From an uncultured cyanobacterium (GTDB lineage Bacteria > Cyanobacteriota > Cyanobacteriia > Pseudanabaenales > Pseudanabaenaceae), in the NCBI GenBank assembly GCA_963703315.1, contig OY969811.1, forward strand, positions 160,001-224,000: a stretch of 64,000 nucleotides of DNA, given 5' to 3'. The notes under the pieces are model-generated. The model was given only the letters and a program-made list of their open reading frames with translations, was not told the DNA's origin and searched no databases. Position 1 is the stretch's first letter; the number at the start of each line of letters is the position of its first letter. A program made the position numbers and the translations under genes. Of this stretch, positions 30,763 through 41,463 are shown piece after piece.

Positions 30763-31512
30763 TTGCCTAAAATCGTTATCGCTGGCAACTGGAAAATGTA
30801 TAAAACCCAGTCCGAAGCCAAAGCATTTTTTTCGGAATTTCCTGCTCATCTTAAAGAAACCGCATCTCAGGCGGCGATCGCTGATCGGCAAATCCTTATT
30901 TGCGTACCTTATACCAATCTAGCGATCTTACAAACCGTCATACCAGCGATCGGTCAAGCTAATCTCAGTATTGGCGCTCAAAATGTCCATTGGGCAGAAA
31001 ATGGCGCATTTACAGGTGAAATTTCTGCACCAATGCTAGTCGAGCTTGGCATCAAATACGTGATTATCGGTCATAGCGAACGTCGGCAGTTCTTTGGCGA
31101 AAGCGATGAAACTGTGAACAAACGCCTCAAAGCCGCTCAAGCGCATGGACTAACCCCCATCCTCTGCGTTGGCGAAAGCAAGCAACAACGGGATGCCAAC
31201 GAAACTGAGTCTTGGATTTTCTCGCAGTTGGCTGCCGACCTGATTGATGTTGACCAAAACAATTTAATCATCGCTTACGAACCAATTTGGGCGATCGGGA
31301 CAGGCGATACCTGTGCATCGAGTGAAGCTAATCGCGTAATTGGACTAATTCGTAGTAAACTTACAAATCGCAACGTTACCATCCAATATGGTGGTTCCGT
31401 CAAACCCGATAATATTGACGAAATCATGGCGCAACCTGAAATTGATGGTGTGCTAGTTGGCGGAGCAAGTCTTGACCCAGCAGGCTTTGCCCGAATCGTA
31501 AATTATCGCTAG
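30763..31512 (+). CDS. tpiA: Triosephosphate isomerase
   Basis: [28 protein letters not shown] and LVGGASL motifs. Confidence 0.97.
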   Translation: MPKIVIAGNWKMYKTQSEAKAFFSEFPAHLKETASQAAIADRQILICVPYTNLAILQTVIPAIGQANLSIGAQNVHWAENGAFTGEISAPMLVELGIKYVIIGHSERRQFFGESDETVNKRLKAAQAHGLTPILCVGESKQQRDANETESWIFSQLAADLIDVDQNNLIIAYEPIWAIGTGDTCASSEANRVIGLIRSKLTNRNVTIQYGGSVKPDNIDEIMAQPEIDGVLVGGASLDPAGFARIVNYR

Positions 31513-31693
31513 TTTTGCCTAAATTTCTTTTTTGTCTATACGCTGTTCATCCGTAAAAACAGCGATCGCCACAGCCGTCATAACCATAACAAAGCTTATC
31601 AAGTTATAAAAATTGACTTTATGAGATCTACTTTGTTATAATTATGTGCTGTTGATTAGAATACACAGCCGCAGATATACCAAATCATCACTT

Positions 31694-32107
31694 ATGCCCA
31701 CGATCCAACAGCTCATCCGCAGTGAGCGCCAAACCATAAATACCAAAACAAAGTCTCCTGCTCTCAAGAGCTGTCCTCAACGCAGGGGAGTATGTACGCG
31801 CGTTTACACTACAACACCCAAAAAGCCCAACTCTGCACTTAGAAAAGTGGCACGGGTACGCTTGACTTCTGGCTTTGAAGTCACCGCATACATCCCTGGC
31901 ATTGGGCATAACCTCCAAGAACACTCCGTTGTGATGATTAGAGGCGGTCGTGTAAAAGATTTACCAGGTGTTCGCTACCACATTATTCGTGGAACCCTTG
32001 ATACTTCAGGAGTAAAGGATCGCAAGCAAGGACGCTCTAAGTATGGTGCTAAGAGACCTAAACCCGGTCAAGCCCCAGCCGCAAGCACTGGCAAGAAGAA
32101 AAAGTAA
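31694..32107 (+). CDS. rpsL: 30S ribosomal protein S12
   Basis: MPTIQQLIR start (ATG 31694); [10 protein letters not shown] and [10 protein letters not shown] motifs. Confidence 0.98.
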   Translation: MPTIQQLIRSERQTINTKTKSPALKSCPQRRGVCTRVYTTTPKKPNSALRKVARVRLTSGFEVTAYIPGIGHNLQEHSVVMIRGGRVKDLPGVRYHIIRGTLDTSGVKDRKQGRSKYGAKRPKPGQAPAASTGKKKK

Positions 32108-32176
32108 AAGCCCAGCATTAAGCAAGTCATTTAGTAAAATTAGCAATTCATTTTATAAGGTGAATTTAGTACCAAA

Positions 32177-32647
32177 ATGTCCCGTAGAACGAAAGCGTCA
32201 AAGCGCATAACTCCCCCTGATTCGGTTTATAACAGCCGTCTTATTAGTATGCTGATCCGTCGTGTAATGTCACGTGGTAAGCATTCTGTTGCCTCTCATA
32301 TTGTTTATAAAGCCCTTGACACCATTGGCGAACGTACAGGCAACCCACCTCTAGAAGTATTTGACCGTGCAATTCGCAACGCAACCCCATTAGTTGAAGT
32401 TAAGGCTCGTCGTGTTGGCGGTGCAACCTATCAAGTACCAATGGAAGTTCGTACTGATCGCGGTGTTGCTCTAGCTCTTCGCTGGTTAGTCCAATATTCT
32501 CGCGCCCGTGCTGGACGTAGTATGGTCACCAAGTTAGCTAACGAGTTGCTCGATGCTGCTAATGAAACTGGTCAAACTATCCGTAAGCGTGAAGAAACAC
32601 ACAAGATGGCAGAAGCAAATAAAGCCTTTGCTCACTACCGTTACTAA
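32177..32647 (+). CDS. rpsG: 30S ribosomal protein S7
   Basis: [11 protein letters not shown] and [13 protein letters not shown] motifs. Confidence 0.98.
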   Translation: MSRRTKASKRITPPDSVYNSRLISMLIRRVMSRGKHSVASHIVYKALDTIGERTGNPPLEVFDRAIRNATPLVEVKARRVGGATYQVPMEVRTDRGVALALRWLVQYSRARAGRSMVTKLANELLDAANETGQTIRKREETHKMAEANKAFAHYRY

Positions 32648-32726
32648 CGTTAAAGAACCTTAGCTTACCTCGCTATACTATTCTTAATATAAATTCTCAA
32701 TTCCTGATAAACACGAGGAAACTATT

Positions 32727-34805
32727 GTGGAACGCTCTATTGCCTTAGATAAGGTACGCAATATAGGTATTGCGGCGCATATTGACGCTGGTAAAACCAC
32801 AACTACAGAGCGCATTCTGTTTTATTCTGGCGTTGTTCACAAAATAGGTGAAGTCCATGATGGAACCGCAACAACAGATTGGATGGCGCAAGAACGTGAA
32901 CGCGGTATCACCATCACGGCGGCAGCAATCAGCACCAGTTGGAAAGACCACCGCATTAACATCATCGACACTCCTGGACACGTAGACTTCACCATTGAAG
33001 TAGAGCGCTCCATGCGTGTACTTGATGGCGTGGTTGCAGTTTTCTGTGCCGTCGGTGGCGTACAGCCTCAGTCTGAAACCGTATGGAGACAGGCAGATCG
33101 CTATAAAGTACCCCGCCTCGTATTCGTTAACAAAATGGATCGCATGGGTGCGAACTTTTTGCGAGTAAGAGAGCAGATTCGGAGTCGTTTTGGCTCTAAC
33201 GCAGTTCCAATCCAACTGCCAATCGGTAGTGAAGCCGAACTAGTGGGTATTATCGATCTCGTCAAAATGAAAGCCTATATCTACAAAGATGAAATAGGTA
33301 AGGATATCGACGAAGTGGATATTCCTGCTGATTTAGCTGATCTAGCCAATGATTGGCGCGGAAAGCTGCTTGAATCGGTGGCAGATTCCGATGACGTTCT
33401 CATGGAAAAATATCTTGAAGGTGAAGAACTCACTGAAGCTGAAGTTAGAGACGGTCTGCGTAAAGGAACCTTAAGTGGCAAGATCGTGCCGATGACTTGT
33501 GGCTCTGCCTTCAAAAATAAAGGTGTACAGCTACTACTAGATGCCGTTATCGATTACCTTCCTGCACCTAGCGATGTTAAACCCGTTCAAGGTTTACTAG
33601 CTAACGGTGAAGAAGCTATTCGTGAAGCTAAGGATGATGCGCCAATGTCAGCGCTTGCCTTCAAAATCATGTCTGACCCCTATGGTCGCCTTACCTTTGT
33701 ACGTGTCTACTCTGGCATCTTGAAGAAAGGTTCCTACGCGCTCAACTCTAGCAAGAACAAGAAGGAACGGATTTCCCGACTGATTATCTTGAAGGCTGAC
33801 GATCGCCAAGAGGTTGATGAACTGAGAGCAGGAGATCTAGGCGCAGTATTAGGACTCAAAGACACCTTCACTGGTGACACCCTTTGTGACGACACTGCAC
33901 CGATTGTTCTGGAAACTCTGTTTATTCCTGAGCCTGTTATTTCCGTAGCTGTTGAGCCAAAAACAAAGCAGGATATGGAAAAACTATCCAAGGCTTTGCA
34001 ATCTTTGTCTGAGGAAGATCCTACTTTCCGCGTAATGACAGATCCAGAGACCAATCAAACAATTATCTCTGGCATGGGTGAGCTTCACCTTGAAATTCTC
34101 GTTGATCGGATGAAGCGTGAGTTTAATGTTGAAGCGAACGTTGGTGCGCCTCAAGTGGCTTACCGTGAGACGATTCGCAGAACCGTTACCGATATTGAAG
34201 GTAAATTTGCCCGTCAGAGTGGTGGTAAGGGACAATATGGTCACGTTGTGATCAATTTAGAACCTACCGAACCAGGCACAGGATTTGAATTTGTATCGAA
34301 AATTGTGGGTGGTGTGATTCCTAAGGAATTCATCAAACCTTCAGAGCAAGGTATGAAGGAAGCTTGTGAATCGGGAATTCTGGCAGGCTATCCTGTGATT
34401 GACCTCAGAGCTACTCTCGTGCATGGTTCTTTCCATGATGTTGACTCTTCGGAAATGGCTTTCAAAATTGCTGGTTCGATGGCAATTAAAGAAGCTGTTA
34501 TGAAAGCTCAACCCGTATTGCTTGAACCAATGATGAAGGTTGAAGTAGAAACCCCTGAAGATTACATGGGCGATGTTATCGGTGACCTTAGTCGTCGTCG
34601 TGGCAATATTGCAGGTATGGATGACACTCCATCTGGCAAACGAGTCGAAGCAAGGGTTCCCTTGTCTGAGATGTTTGGTTATTCTACTGACCTACGCTCA
34701 TCAACTCAAGGTAGAGCAAGCTTCTCAATGGAATTTAGCCATTATGAAGAAGTACCTAAAAATGTGGCTGAAGCCATCATTGCTAAAAGCAAGGGCAAAG
34801 AGTAG
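32727..34805 (+). CDS. fusA: Elongation factor G
   Basis: [17 protein letters not shown] and GMGELHLE motifs. Confidence 0.98.
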   Translation: MERSIALDKVRNIGIAAHIDAGKTTTTERILFYSGVVHKIGEVHDGTATTDWMAQERERGITITAAAISTSWKDHRINIIDTPGHVDFTIEVERSMRVLDGVVAVFCAVGGVQPQSETVWRQADRYKVPRLVFVNKMDRMGANFLRVREQIRSRFGSNAVPIQLPIGSEAELVGIIDLVKMKAYIYKDEIGKDIDEVDIPADLADLANDWRGKLLESVADSDDVLMEKYLEGEELTEAEVRDGLRKGTLSGKIVPMTCGSAFKNKGVQLLLDAVIDYLPAPSDVKPVQGLLANGEEAIREAKDDAPMSALAFKIMSDPYGRLTFVRVYSGILKKGSYALNSSKNKKERISRLIILKADDRQEVDELRAGDLGAVLGLKDTFTGDTLCDDTAPIVLETLFIPEPVISVAVEPKTKQDMEKLSKALQSLSEEDPTFRVMTDPETNQTIISGMGELHLEILVDRMKREFNVEANVGAPQVAYRETIRRTVTDIEGKFARQSGGKGQYGHVVINLEPTEPGTGFEFVSKIVGGVIPKEFIKPSEQGMKEACESGILAGYPVIDLRATLVHGSFHDVDSSEMAFKIAGSMAIKEAVMKAQPVLLEPMMKVEVETPEDYMGDVIGDLSRRRGNIAGMDDTPSGKRVEARVPLSEMFGYSTDLRSSTQGRASFSMEFSHYEEVPKNVAEAIIAKSKGKE

Positions 34806-34824
34806 TCCTTTAAAATACTCTACC

Positions 34825-34890
34825 AATACTCTATAAACTAGAGTAGCAATTACCCAAAATGCTCTATAAACTAGAGTAACAATTACCAAA
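34825..34890 (+). repeat. 33-bp tandem duplication with internal hairpin between fusA and tuf
   Basis: AAT(A/G)CTCTATAAACTAGAGTA(G/A)CAATTACC x2. Confidence 0.8.
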
Positions 34891-34911
34891 GTTAAGGATA
34901 ATTACGAAAAA

Positions 34912-36144
34912 ATGGCACGCGCTAAATTTGAGAGAACCAAGCCCCACGTTAACATCGGTACTATTGGTCACGTTGATCACGGTAAAACCACTTTAACTGC
35001 TGCTATCACCATGTCCTTGGCAGCCGCAGGTCAAGCAACAGCTAAAGCTTATGACCAAATCGATGCTGCTCCTGAAGAAAAAGCTCGTGGTATCACGATC
35101 AATACTGCTCACGTTGAGTATCAAACCGTAGAGCGTCACTATGCTCACGTTGACTGTCCTGGACACGCTGACTATGTTAAGAACATGATCACTGGCGCTG
35201 CCCAAATGGATGGAGCAATTTTGCTCGTATCGGCTGCTGATGGACCTGAGCCTCAAACTCGCGAACACATCTTGCTTGCTCGTCAGGTAGGTGTACCTAA
35301 CCTCGTAGTTTTCTTGAACAAAGAAGACCAAATGGAAGGCGAAGAAGAACTAGTTGAACTAGTTGAACTTGAAGTTCGTGAATTGCTCTCCTCCTACGAC
35401 TTTGATGGCGACAATATTCCCATCACTCGTGGTTCTGCGCTGAAAGCTGTTGAACAGATGACCAAAGATCCTAAAACTGCTCGTGGAACCAATCCTTGGG
35501 TTGATAAGATTTGGACTTTGATGGATTCTGTGGATTCCTACATTCCTACTCCTGAGCGTGCAGTTGATAAGCCTTTCTTGATGGCTGTTGAAGACGTATT
35601 CTCGATCACTGGTCGTGGTACGGTCGCAACTGGTCGGATTGAGCGTGGTACTGTCAAGGTTGGCGATATCGTTGAACTCGTTGGTATTACTGATACCCGT
35701 ACAACTACCGTTACTGGTATTGAAATGTTCAAGAAGAGCTTGGATGAAGGTCTAGCTGGAGACAACGCAGGTCTATTGTTGCGTGGTATTCAGAAGGCTG
35801 ACATTGAGCGTGGTATGGTTTTGGCTAAGCCTAAGTCAATCAATCCTCACACTCAGTTTGAAGGTCAAGTTTACATTTTGACCGAGAAAGAAGGTGGTCG
35901 TAAGACTCCTTTCTTCCCCGGCTATCGTCCTCAGTTCTATGTACGTACAACTGACGTAACTGGAACCATTGTTACCTTCACAGCAGATGATGGTAGCGAT
36001 GCTGAAATGGTAATGCCTGGCGATCGCATCAAGATGACCGTTGAGTTGATCAACCCCATTGCGATCGAAAACGAAATGCGTTTCGCTATCCGTGAAGGCG
36101 GACGTACTGTTGGATCGGGTGTTGTAACTAAGATCATCAAGTAG
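34912..36144 (+). CDS. tuf: Elongation factor Tu
   Basis: [21 protein letters not shown] and [11 protein letters not shown] motifs. Confidence 0.98.
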   Translation: MARAKFERTKPHVNIGTIGHVDHGKTTLTAAITMSLAAAGQATAKAYDQIDAAPEEKARGITINTAHVEYQTVERHYAHVDCPGHADYVKNMITGAAQMDGAILLVSAADGPEPQTREHILLARQVGVPNLVVFLNKEDQMEGEEELVELVELEVRELLSSYDFDGDNIPITRGSALKAVEQMTKDPKTARGTNPWVDKIWTLMDSVDSYIPTPERAVDKPFLMAVEDVFSITGRGTVATGRIERGTVKVGDIVELVGITDTRTTTVTGIEMFKKSLDEGLAGDNAGLLLRGIQKADIERGMVLAKPKSINPHTQFEGQVYILTEKEGGRKTPFFPGYRPQFYVRTTDVTGTIVTFTADDGSDAEMVMPGDRIKMTVELINPIAIENEMRFAIREGGRTVGSGVVTKIIK

Positions 36145-36157
36145 TTTTTAGTTATCT

Positions 36158-36192
36158 AACAAAAAAGCCTCGCATTGCGAGGCTTTTTTGTT
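36158..36192 (+). terminator. Terminator after tuf
   Basis: AACAAAAAAGCCTCGC-att-GCGAGGCTTTTTTGTT. Confidence 0.85.
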
Positions 36193-36201
36193 TTTTAAGC
36201 G

Positions 36202-36240
36202 CGATCGCCTCTTTAATCTCGGTGAAAGTAAAGCGCGATC
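36202..36240 (+). repeat. 39-bp HIP1-anchored direct repeat, left of the TA module
   Basis: 34/39 match to 36961-36999. Confidence 0.75.
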
Positions 36241-36314
36241 TCTTCTAGCCTTGTTTTGATATGACGTGAGATAGTTTGATACAATTCTATGTATATCCTA
36301 TGGCTTAAACGGCT

Positions 36315-36536
36315 ATGACTCTTCAGAAACTTCACGAACAAGTGCTAACGCTTTCCGAAGATGATCGTTGGGAATTAATCAACATCTTAATGAAATCGCT
36401 ACGTTCAAAACCTGTATTAACTGGCAAATACAAAGGAATTGCGTCAAGTTTAGTAGGCATTGCGAAAACTGACGCGCCTGCACCTACGGATGAAGAGGTT
36501 AAATCTATTTTAGAAACAAGGCTTTTGCAGAAGTAA
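36315..36536 (+). CDS. Putative antitoxin
   Basis: Small ORF whose stop overlaps the start of a PIN-domain gene (TAATG). Confidence 0.7.
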   Translation: MTLQKLHEQVLTLSEDDRWELINILMKSLRSKPVLTGKYKGIASSLVGIAKTDAPAPTDEEVKSILETRLLQK

Positions 36537-36949
36537 TGAAAGTCTTATTTGATACGAATGTTTTACTAGATGCGGTATTGGCGCGTGTTCCGTTTGTCGA
36601 AAATGCTGCATATCTTTTAGAGTCAGTGGAACAAGAAAAGATTCAAGGATTTATCTCAGCTACGACTGTTACAGATATTCATTATTTGGTAAAGCGTCAT
36701 ACTAAAAGTGCAGAAATAGCGATCGCGACAATCTCGAAGTTGTTAATTTTAATGGAAATTTGTGCGGTTGATCGTGATGTGATCCAACAAGCGGTAAATA
36801 TGGGGTTGAGTGATTTTGAGGATGCTGTACAGGTTGCGACGGCAATGGCAAAAAGTTTAGATGCGATCATTACTCGTGATGGGGTGGGTTTTGTTGGTTC
36901 GCCCATTCCGATTATGTCGCCTGATGAACTGGTGAAACAGCTAAATTAA
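36536..36949 (+). CDS. PIN-domain (VapC-like) toxin
   Basis: VLFDTNVLLD, DFEDAVQ and IITRD motifs. Confidence 0.88.
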   Translation: MKVLFDTNVLLDAVLARVPFVENAAYLLESVEQEKIQGFISATTVTDIHYLVKRHTKSAEIAIATISKLLILMEICAVDRDVIQQAVNMGLSDFEDAVQVATAMAKSLDAIITRDGVGFVGSPIPIMSPDELVKQLN

Positions 36950-36960
36950 ATCAATGTAAC

Positions 36961-36999
36961 CGATCGCCTCTTTAATCTCTGTAAAAGTCAAGGGCTATC
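36961..36999 (+). repeat. 39-bp direct repeat, right of the TA module
   Basis: CGATCGCCTCTTTAATCTC is identical to 36202-36220. Confidence 0.75.
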
Positions 37000-37030
37000 A
37001 TTTTTTTAATTAAATAGTGGGTATAAAATT

Positions 37031-37264
37031 CTACAAAATATCTTGTTTCCTCATCAAATCAGCCCCTCTAGGATTTAACTCATTAATAATGGTTAAAGCC
37101 TTCTCTTTTACAGTTTTCGCTAATTCGACTCTTGCTCGGAATTTTTGTTCAGCACTACTTTCTTCGGTGGAGTTAGACGCAAGGTCATATGCATTGAAAA
37201 ATTCATCGAATAGCCTCTTAAGAGTTTCTTCATATGCTTGAACAATCAGATCTTTGTCTACCAT
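37031..37264 (-). CDS. Hypothetical small helical protein
   Basis: 77-aa ORF with protein-like composition in an AT-rich island. Confidence 0.55.
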   Translation of the reverse strand: MVDKDLIVQAYEETLKRLFDEFFNAYDLASNSTEESSAEQKFRARVELAKTVKEKALTIINELNPRGADLMRKQDIL

Positions 37265-37367
37265 GTTGATATATATTGCATAAGCATGATTTTCTAAGTT
37301 ATATCACAGATTATAATTCAGTGTAAACATTACGCGCATAATCGATCACTTCTACTAACAAGATTTT

Positions 37368-37790
37368 ATGGAACAGATAGAATTTATTGCCCTAGTCTTA
37401 TTAGGTTTTGCGATTTACTTCAATTTTTTTGTTTTCTCTCCTAATAATATAGGTGGTGTTATATCTCCTATATTATCCATAAGTGTTCTCATCTTAGCGG
37501 GAGGCTTTGCTTACTTGGCTTTTTCTTGGAGATTCACAAAAGAAGGGAGAAAAGGCTTGGAGAATTATGAAAAGGCAAGATCTGAATTATGGGAAAGCCT
37601 AACTTCCGAAGAAAAAGCTATAAAAACTTATAAAATAAAACAAGGTGCAAAAAGATTTACAGCAGGATTAGGAATAGTTTTTTTGATGTTTGTGATAATT
37701 GGACTGATAAATATTTATAGTCAGCCAAAGTCAACACAAGATCCTAATCGCGGTTGCTACCTCTATATCAAAAAAAGAATCTGCCAGTGA
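37368..37790 (+). CDS. Hypothetical membrane protein (~3 TM)
   Basis: Three hydrophobic segments. Confidence 0.65.
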   Translation: MEQIEFIALVLLGFAIYFNFFVFSPNNIGGVISPILSISVLILAGGFAYLAFSWRFTKEGRKGLENYEKARSELWESLTSEEKAIKTYKIKQGAKRFTAGLGIVFLMFVIIGLINIYSQPKSTQDPNRGCYLYIKKRICQ

Positions 37791-37825
37791 TATTTAGATA
37801 TCGAGATATCTAAATATCACTGGCA
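37782..37825. repeat. Perfect palindrome with 21-bp arms
   Basis: TGCCAGTGATATTTAGATATC-ga-GATATCTAAATATCACTGGCA. Confidence 0.85.
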
Positions 37826-37928
37826 ATCTAATCAATCGATTAAAATCGCTTTTATTATTTAACAAAGTCCAACATATTTAAACTTCCATTAATCCCATAT
37901 CTGCGATCCAGCTTGTCAATATTTACAG

Positions 37929-38537
37929 TTAATTTTTTTGTAAAGACTTATATAAAGTATGCACCTTTAGATCATATTCTTCTTTAGTAAGTATCCCCAT
38001 TTGATATAAATCATAGAGTTTTTTCGCTGCTTCCATTGATTCATTACCCGATTTTATTGTTTCTCTCACAGATTGTTTTTGCTTGGCTGAATTTCGTTTT
38101 TCTTCTATGTTCAAATTCTTTAATTCATCTTTTAAATCTTTTTTCTGTTCCTTTAAAGACTTCAAACCCCCTTTAAGTTTTCGGATTTGCTCTTGAATTG
38201 TTCTCACTTTATTTTGAGCAATTTGTTTTCCATCTCGAATTTGCTCTCTTTTTTGGGCAACTTGCTTAGCTATCTCTGCATTTTTTGAAGCAGCGTTCTG
38301 CCGAACAGCACCTCTATATTTTGAACCAAATAGAAGACCATCCAAGCCCCGCCCCATTGCTTGAGTCTCAGCCCTCGCCTTTTGTGCCGAAATAGAAAGA
38401 TCTGAATTTGTTTCAACCCAAGATTGAACCTCTCTTTTTGCTAAATACAAGGAATCTGTTAGCCTTTTGATTTGCAATTCAATATTTTCAATTTGTGTCT
38501 CAATATTTATGAGCTTTTCATTAATTGAGTTATTCAT
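37929..38537 (-). CDS. Coiled-coil protein with C-terminal SHOCT-like motif
   Basis: Heptad-rich; ends KKLYDLYQMGILTKEEYDLK. Confidence 0.7.
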   Translation of the reverse strand: MNNSINEKLINIETQIENIELQIKRLTDSLYLAKREVQSWVETNSDLSISAQKARAETQAMGRGLDGLLFGSKYRGAVRQNAASKNAEIAKQVAQKREQIRDGKQIAQNKVRTIQEQIRKLKGGLKSLKEQKKDLKDELKNLNIEEKRNSAKQKQSVRETIKSGNESMEAAKKLYDLYQMGILTKEEYDLKVHTLYKSLQKN

Positions 38538-38652
38538 ACCGTTAACAATAAAAGCGTTAATAAATTCAGTATAAAGAATAAAGTACTAAGGGGACATATA
38601 AAATCTTATCCAGATTGGATTCAGACCTCTGCACAAACTCAATCAATATTCC

Positions 38653-38877
38653 TCAACTATCCAACTCCGCCAAAAAATCATTAACAGAACCAGATTTGAA
38701 TTTACCTTCTCGATACTCCTGCTGAACCTCTCGAACTTCTTTAACAACTTGCTGCCGTTGACGCAACTTCAAACGATTATTCAACACGCCAATTAAAGCA
38801 GCTTGATCGTCTAAAGACAAAGCATCTATAGCATTGAGAGCTTCTTGAAATAGAGACGTTTTTAAGGCTGGACTCAT
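38653..38877 (-). CDS. Orphan antitoxin-like protein
   Basis: EALNAIDALSLDDQ...EYREGKFKSGSVNDFLAEL resembles small type II antitoxins; no toxin follows. Confidence 0.55.
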   Translation of the reverse strand: MSPALKTSLFQEALNAIDALSLDDQAALIGVLNNRLKLRQRQQVVKEVREVQQEYREGKFKSGSVNDFLAELDS

Positions 38878-39364
38878 AGGATTATTTATGAAAATTTACA
38901 CTATAACCTCGGTAGTCATTATACTTCAGAAAAAAGTGATCGCCTTTACTGCACTGATTCACATATCGATTTAGCTGCAATCTCATAAACCAAGCATTTG
39001 TTTGACTTCACTCAAAGCGATCGCAATGTTTGGCACTAGTCAGTTAAACCGTGAGGCAGTGAAAGCCGCGCTAAGCTATTGCGATAGCCATTGAGATAGA
39101 GAGAATCAAGAATTTGTAGGGATTCAGGAATTTTTGAAACCATAATTTCTATCGCGTAAATTGGTTGGTTTATTTTGAAAGCTAATCTTTGTGAAATATT
39201 TAAGTGTGTCTAGAGTCTTATACATGGCTTATTTTCAGGATTATGTAATGTTCTGATTATATACAAATTACACGCTAAAGTATTACGACAGCCGATCCTC
39301 ACAAAATCGTCAAAAGATATAGAATAAACCTAGTCAAAACTACAGCAAGGAGTTTTTAGGAAAT

Positions 39365-39574
39365 ATGCAGCCAATCATTTTCCCCGGTTCGGCAGTACGT
39401 GTTGTCAATGAAGGTGATACCTACTATGGATTTCAAGGACAGGTACAGCGTGTAACTGATGGTCGAGTTGCCGTGATCTTTGGTGGTGGTAACTGGGAAA
39501 AAATCGTGTCATTTCGTGCCAATGAGTTAGAACTGATCGATACAACTGTAAGCTCTAAGGCTAAGAAGAAATAA
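39365..39574 (+). CDS. ndhS: NDH-1 subunit S
   Basis: [42 protein letters not shown]. Confidence 0.92.
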   Translation: MQPIIFPGSAVRVVNEGDTYYGFQGQVQRVTDGRVAVIFGGGNWEKIVSFRANELELIDTTVSSKAKKK

Positions 39575-39602
39575 TCGTGAGCAAGGAGATTGTGCAGTTG
39601 CA

Positions 39603-40130
39603 GTGACAAATTCACCGACTCCAGACAAGTCAATACATAGCTATGGTCGGTCGTCTGCGATATTTCTTGTACGCAGTGCGATTTTGGGCGTGAGTGCGAT
39701 CGCAGGTCTAGGGATTGGCTTAGCGATCGCCTTTGTGCGTCCAGATTTAGTATGGCAACCTTCATTTAATTTTTTAAATTATAAAAAGCAGCAATTTACA
39801 CTCTCATCGGAAGCCTTGTTTGATCTCGATAAGGCAAGCATTCGACCTGATAGTTTTCGATTACTCGATGAGGTCGCGGCTCAGTTACCCCTAGCTAAGG
39901 GTAAACGGGTGCGGATTAGTGGACATACAGATGTAAAAAGTGCTGGAGATGCGCTGACTCTGTCCTATCTCCGCGCATCGGCGGTGAAGGAGTATTTAGC
40001 AAGATTACGTGGCGAACAAACTTACTATTGGACAGTAATTGGGTATGGTGCTAGTCGTCCTTTGGCTAGTAGTGCTGCTGACGATAACAGCAAAAGTAAC
40101 CGCCGCATCGAGATTTTTGTAGATGACTAG
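39603..40130 (+). CDS. OmpA/MotB-family peptidoglycan-binding membrane protein
   Basis: ISGHTD, LSYLRASAV and NRRIEI motifs; N-terminal TM segment. Confidence 0.85.
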   Translation: MTNSPTPDKSIHSYGRSSAIFLVRSAILGVSAIAGLGIGLAIAFVRPDLVWQPSFNFLNYKKQQFTLSSEALFDLDKASIRPDSFRLLDEVAAQLPLAKGKRVRISGHTDVKSAGDALTLSYLRASAVKEYLARLRGEQTYYWTVIGYGASRPLASSAADDNSKSNRRIEIFVDD

Positions 40131-40132
40131 AT

Positions 40133-41071
40133 ATGCAAATCACTTTTCTTGGGACTAGTTCGGGTGTGCCTACACGCGGACGCAATGTGTCTAGTGTGGC
40201 AGTGCGTTTACCCCAACGTGCAGAAGTTTGGCTGCTCGATTGTGGTGAGGCAACCCAGCACCAATTGCTGCGAAGTGATGTAAAAATTAGCCAAATTACG
40301 AAGATTTTCGTCACGCATATGCATGGTGATCATATTTTTGGTTTACCAGGGTTACTGGCTAGTTGTGGCATGGCAGGCAATGTTAGCCATATTGATATTT
40401 ATGGACCATCGGGTTTAGGAGAATATCTCGATGCTTGCTTGCGCTATAGCGAGACAAGGCTTTCCTATTCGATCAAGGTACATAAGGTCAAGGCGGGGCT
40501 AGTCTGCGAAGATGCAGAATTTTATATGATGGCGGCTCCGCTTAAGCATAAGGTGACAGCGCATGGTTATCGTCTCGTAGAACGCGATCGCGCTGGCAAG
40601 TTTGATGTCGATAAGGCGATCGCTATGAATATTCCCTCGGGCCCCATTTTTGGAGAACTGAAGCAGGGAAAGATGGTGACGCTTCCCGATGGACGCAAAA
40701 TCGATGGTAAGGAATTTTGTGGTACTCCGCAAATTGGCAGAAAGATTGCCTACTGCACGGATACGATTTTTTGTGATAGTTCAGTGGAACTGGCTCAGAA
40801 TGCTGATGTGCTGATCCATGAATCAACTTTTGCTCATAAAGATTCTGATATGGCGTTTCAGCGTTTGCATTCTACTAGCACGATGGCGGCGCAGGTGGCA
40901 CTTTTGGCAAATGTGAAGCAATTAATCATGACGCATTTTAGTCCTCGCTATGCTCCCGGTAATCCGATTTTGCTAGAGGATTTAGTCAAAGAGGCGAGAA
41001 TGATTTTTGCGAATACAATTCCTGCCCATGATTTTATGACCTATGAGATCTCTCCGACCCATGCAGCTTAG
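40133..41071 (+). CDS. rnz: Ribonuclease Z
   Basis: FLGTSSGVP, THMHGDH, HEST and THFSPRY motifs. Confidence 0.95.
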   Translation: MQITFLGTSSGVPTRGRNVSSVAVRLPQRAEVWLLDCGEATQHQLLRSDVKISQITKIFVTHMHGDHIFGLPGLLASCGMAGNVSHIDIYGPSGLGEYLDACLRYSETRLSYSIKVHKVKAGLVCEDAEFYMMAAPLKHKVTAHGYRLVERDRAGKFDVDKAIAMNIPSGPIFGELKQGKMVTLPDGRKIDGKEFCGTPQIGRKIAYCTDTIFCDSSVELAQNADVLIHESTFAHKDSDMAFQRLHSTSTMAAQVALLANVKQLIMTHFSPRYAPGNPILLEDLVKEARMIFANTIPAHDFMTYEISPTHAA

Positions 41072-41112
41072 TTTTTTTGTGGCAAGGCTACGCCGCGCCA
41101 CAAAAAATTGGT

Positions 41113-41146
41113 TCTTCATGATCTCCTCACTTTTTTGATTGATAAT
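41113..41146 (+). promoter_or_regulatory. Direct-repeat box plus -10 (site 1, upstream of the regulator)
   Basis: TCTTCA-N5-TCCTCA-N11-GATAAT. Confidence 0.6.
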
Positions 41147-41176
41147 TGTAGTTATTGACAAGTAGGAAGGCTTAGT

Positions 41177-41291
41177 TATAGCGGTAGCCAGTTATGTTAG
41201 GACAAACCCAAAACCCAAAAGAGAGTTGCGGCGCGTAGCGCCGCAACTCTCTTTTGGGTTTTATGTCTTAACTAAAATGGCTATAGCTATA
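41177..41291. mobile_element. 115-bp palindromic mini-element, family B (TATAGC...GCTATA)
   Basis: Near-identical to 50187-50301 and the same length. Confidence 0.8.
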
Positions 41292-41294
41292 TTT

Positions 41295-41369
41295 GTAGAA
41301 TGCGTTAGTGCAATGTAACGCATCAATTGGATAAAGATGATGGGTTACGCGATCGCTAAACCATCCTAC
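41295..41369. repeat. GTAG-type REP doublet (REPIN-like)
   Basis: GTAG(A/G)ATG(C/G)GTTAG..GTAAC(G/C)CATC units in inverted orientation; second copy at 53152-53281. Confidence 0.7.
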
Positions 41370-41463
41370 ATTTAATTCTAAGTAGCTGGGCATAACTAAC
41401 AACCTACTTCCCTGATACCTAATGCCAATGCACTGAAGTGTTGCCATATTTATATGGAGCGCT

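Noticed and set aside
38985..39086. Short open frame ending ...NREAVKAALSYCDSH
   Set aside because: No clear start or recognisable family; it may be a gene fragment but cannot be supported.
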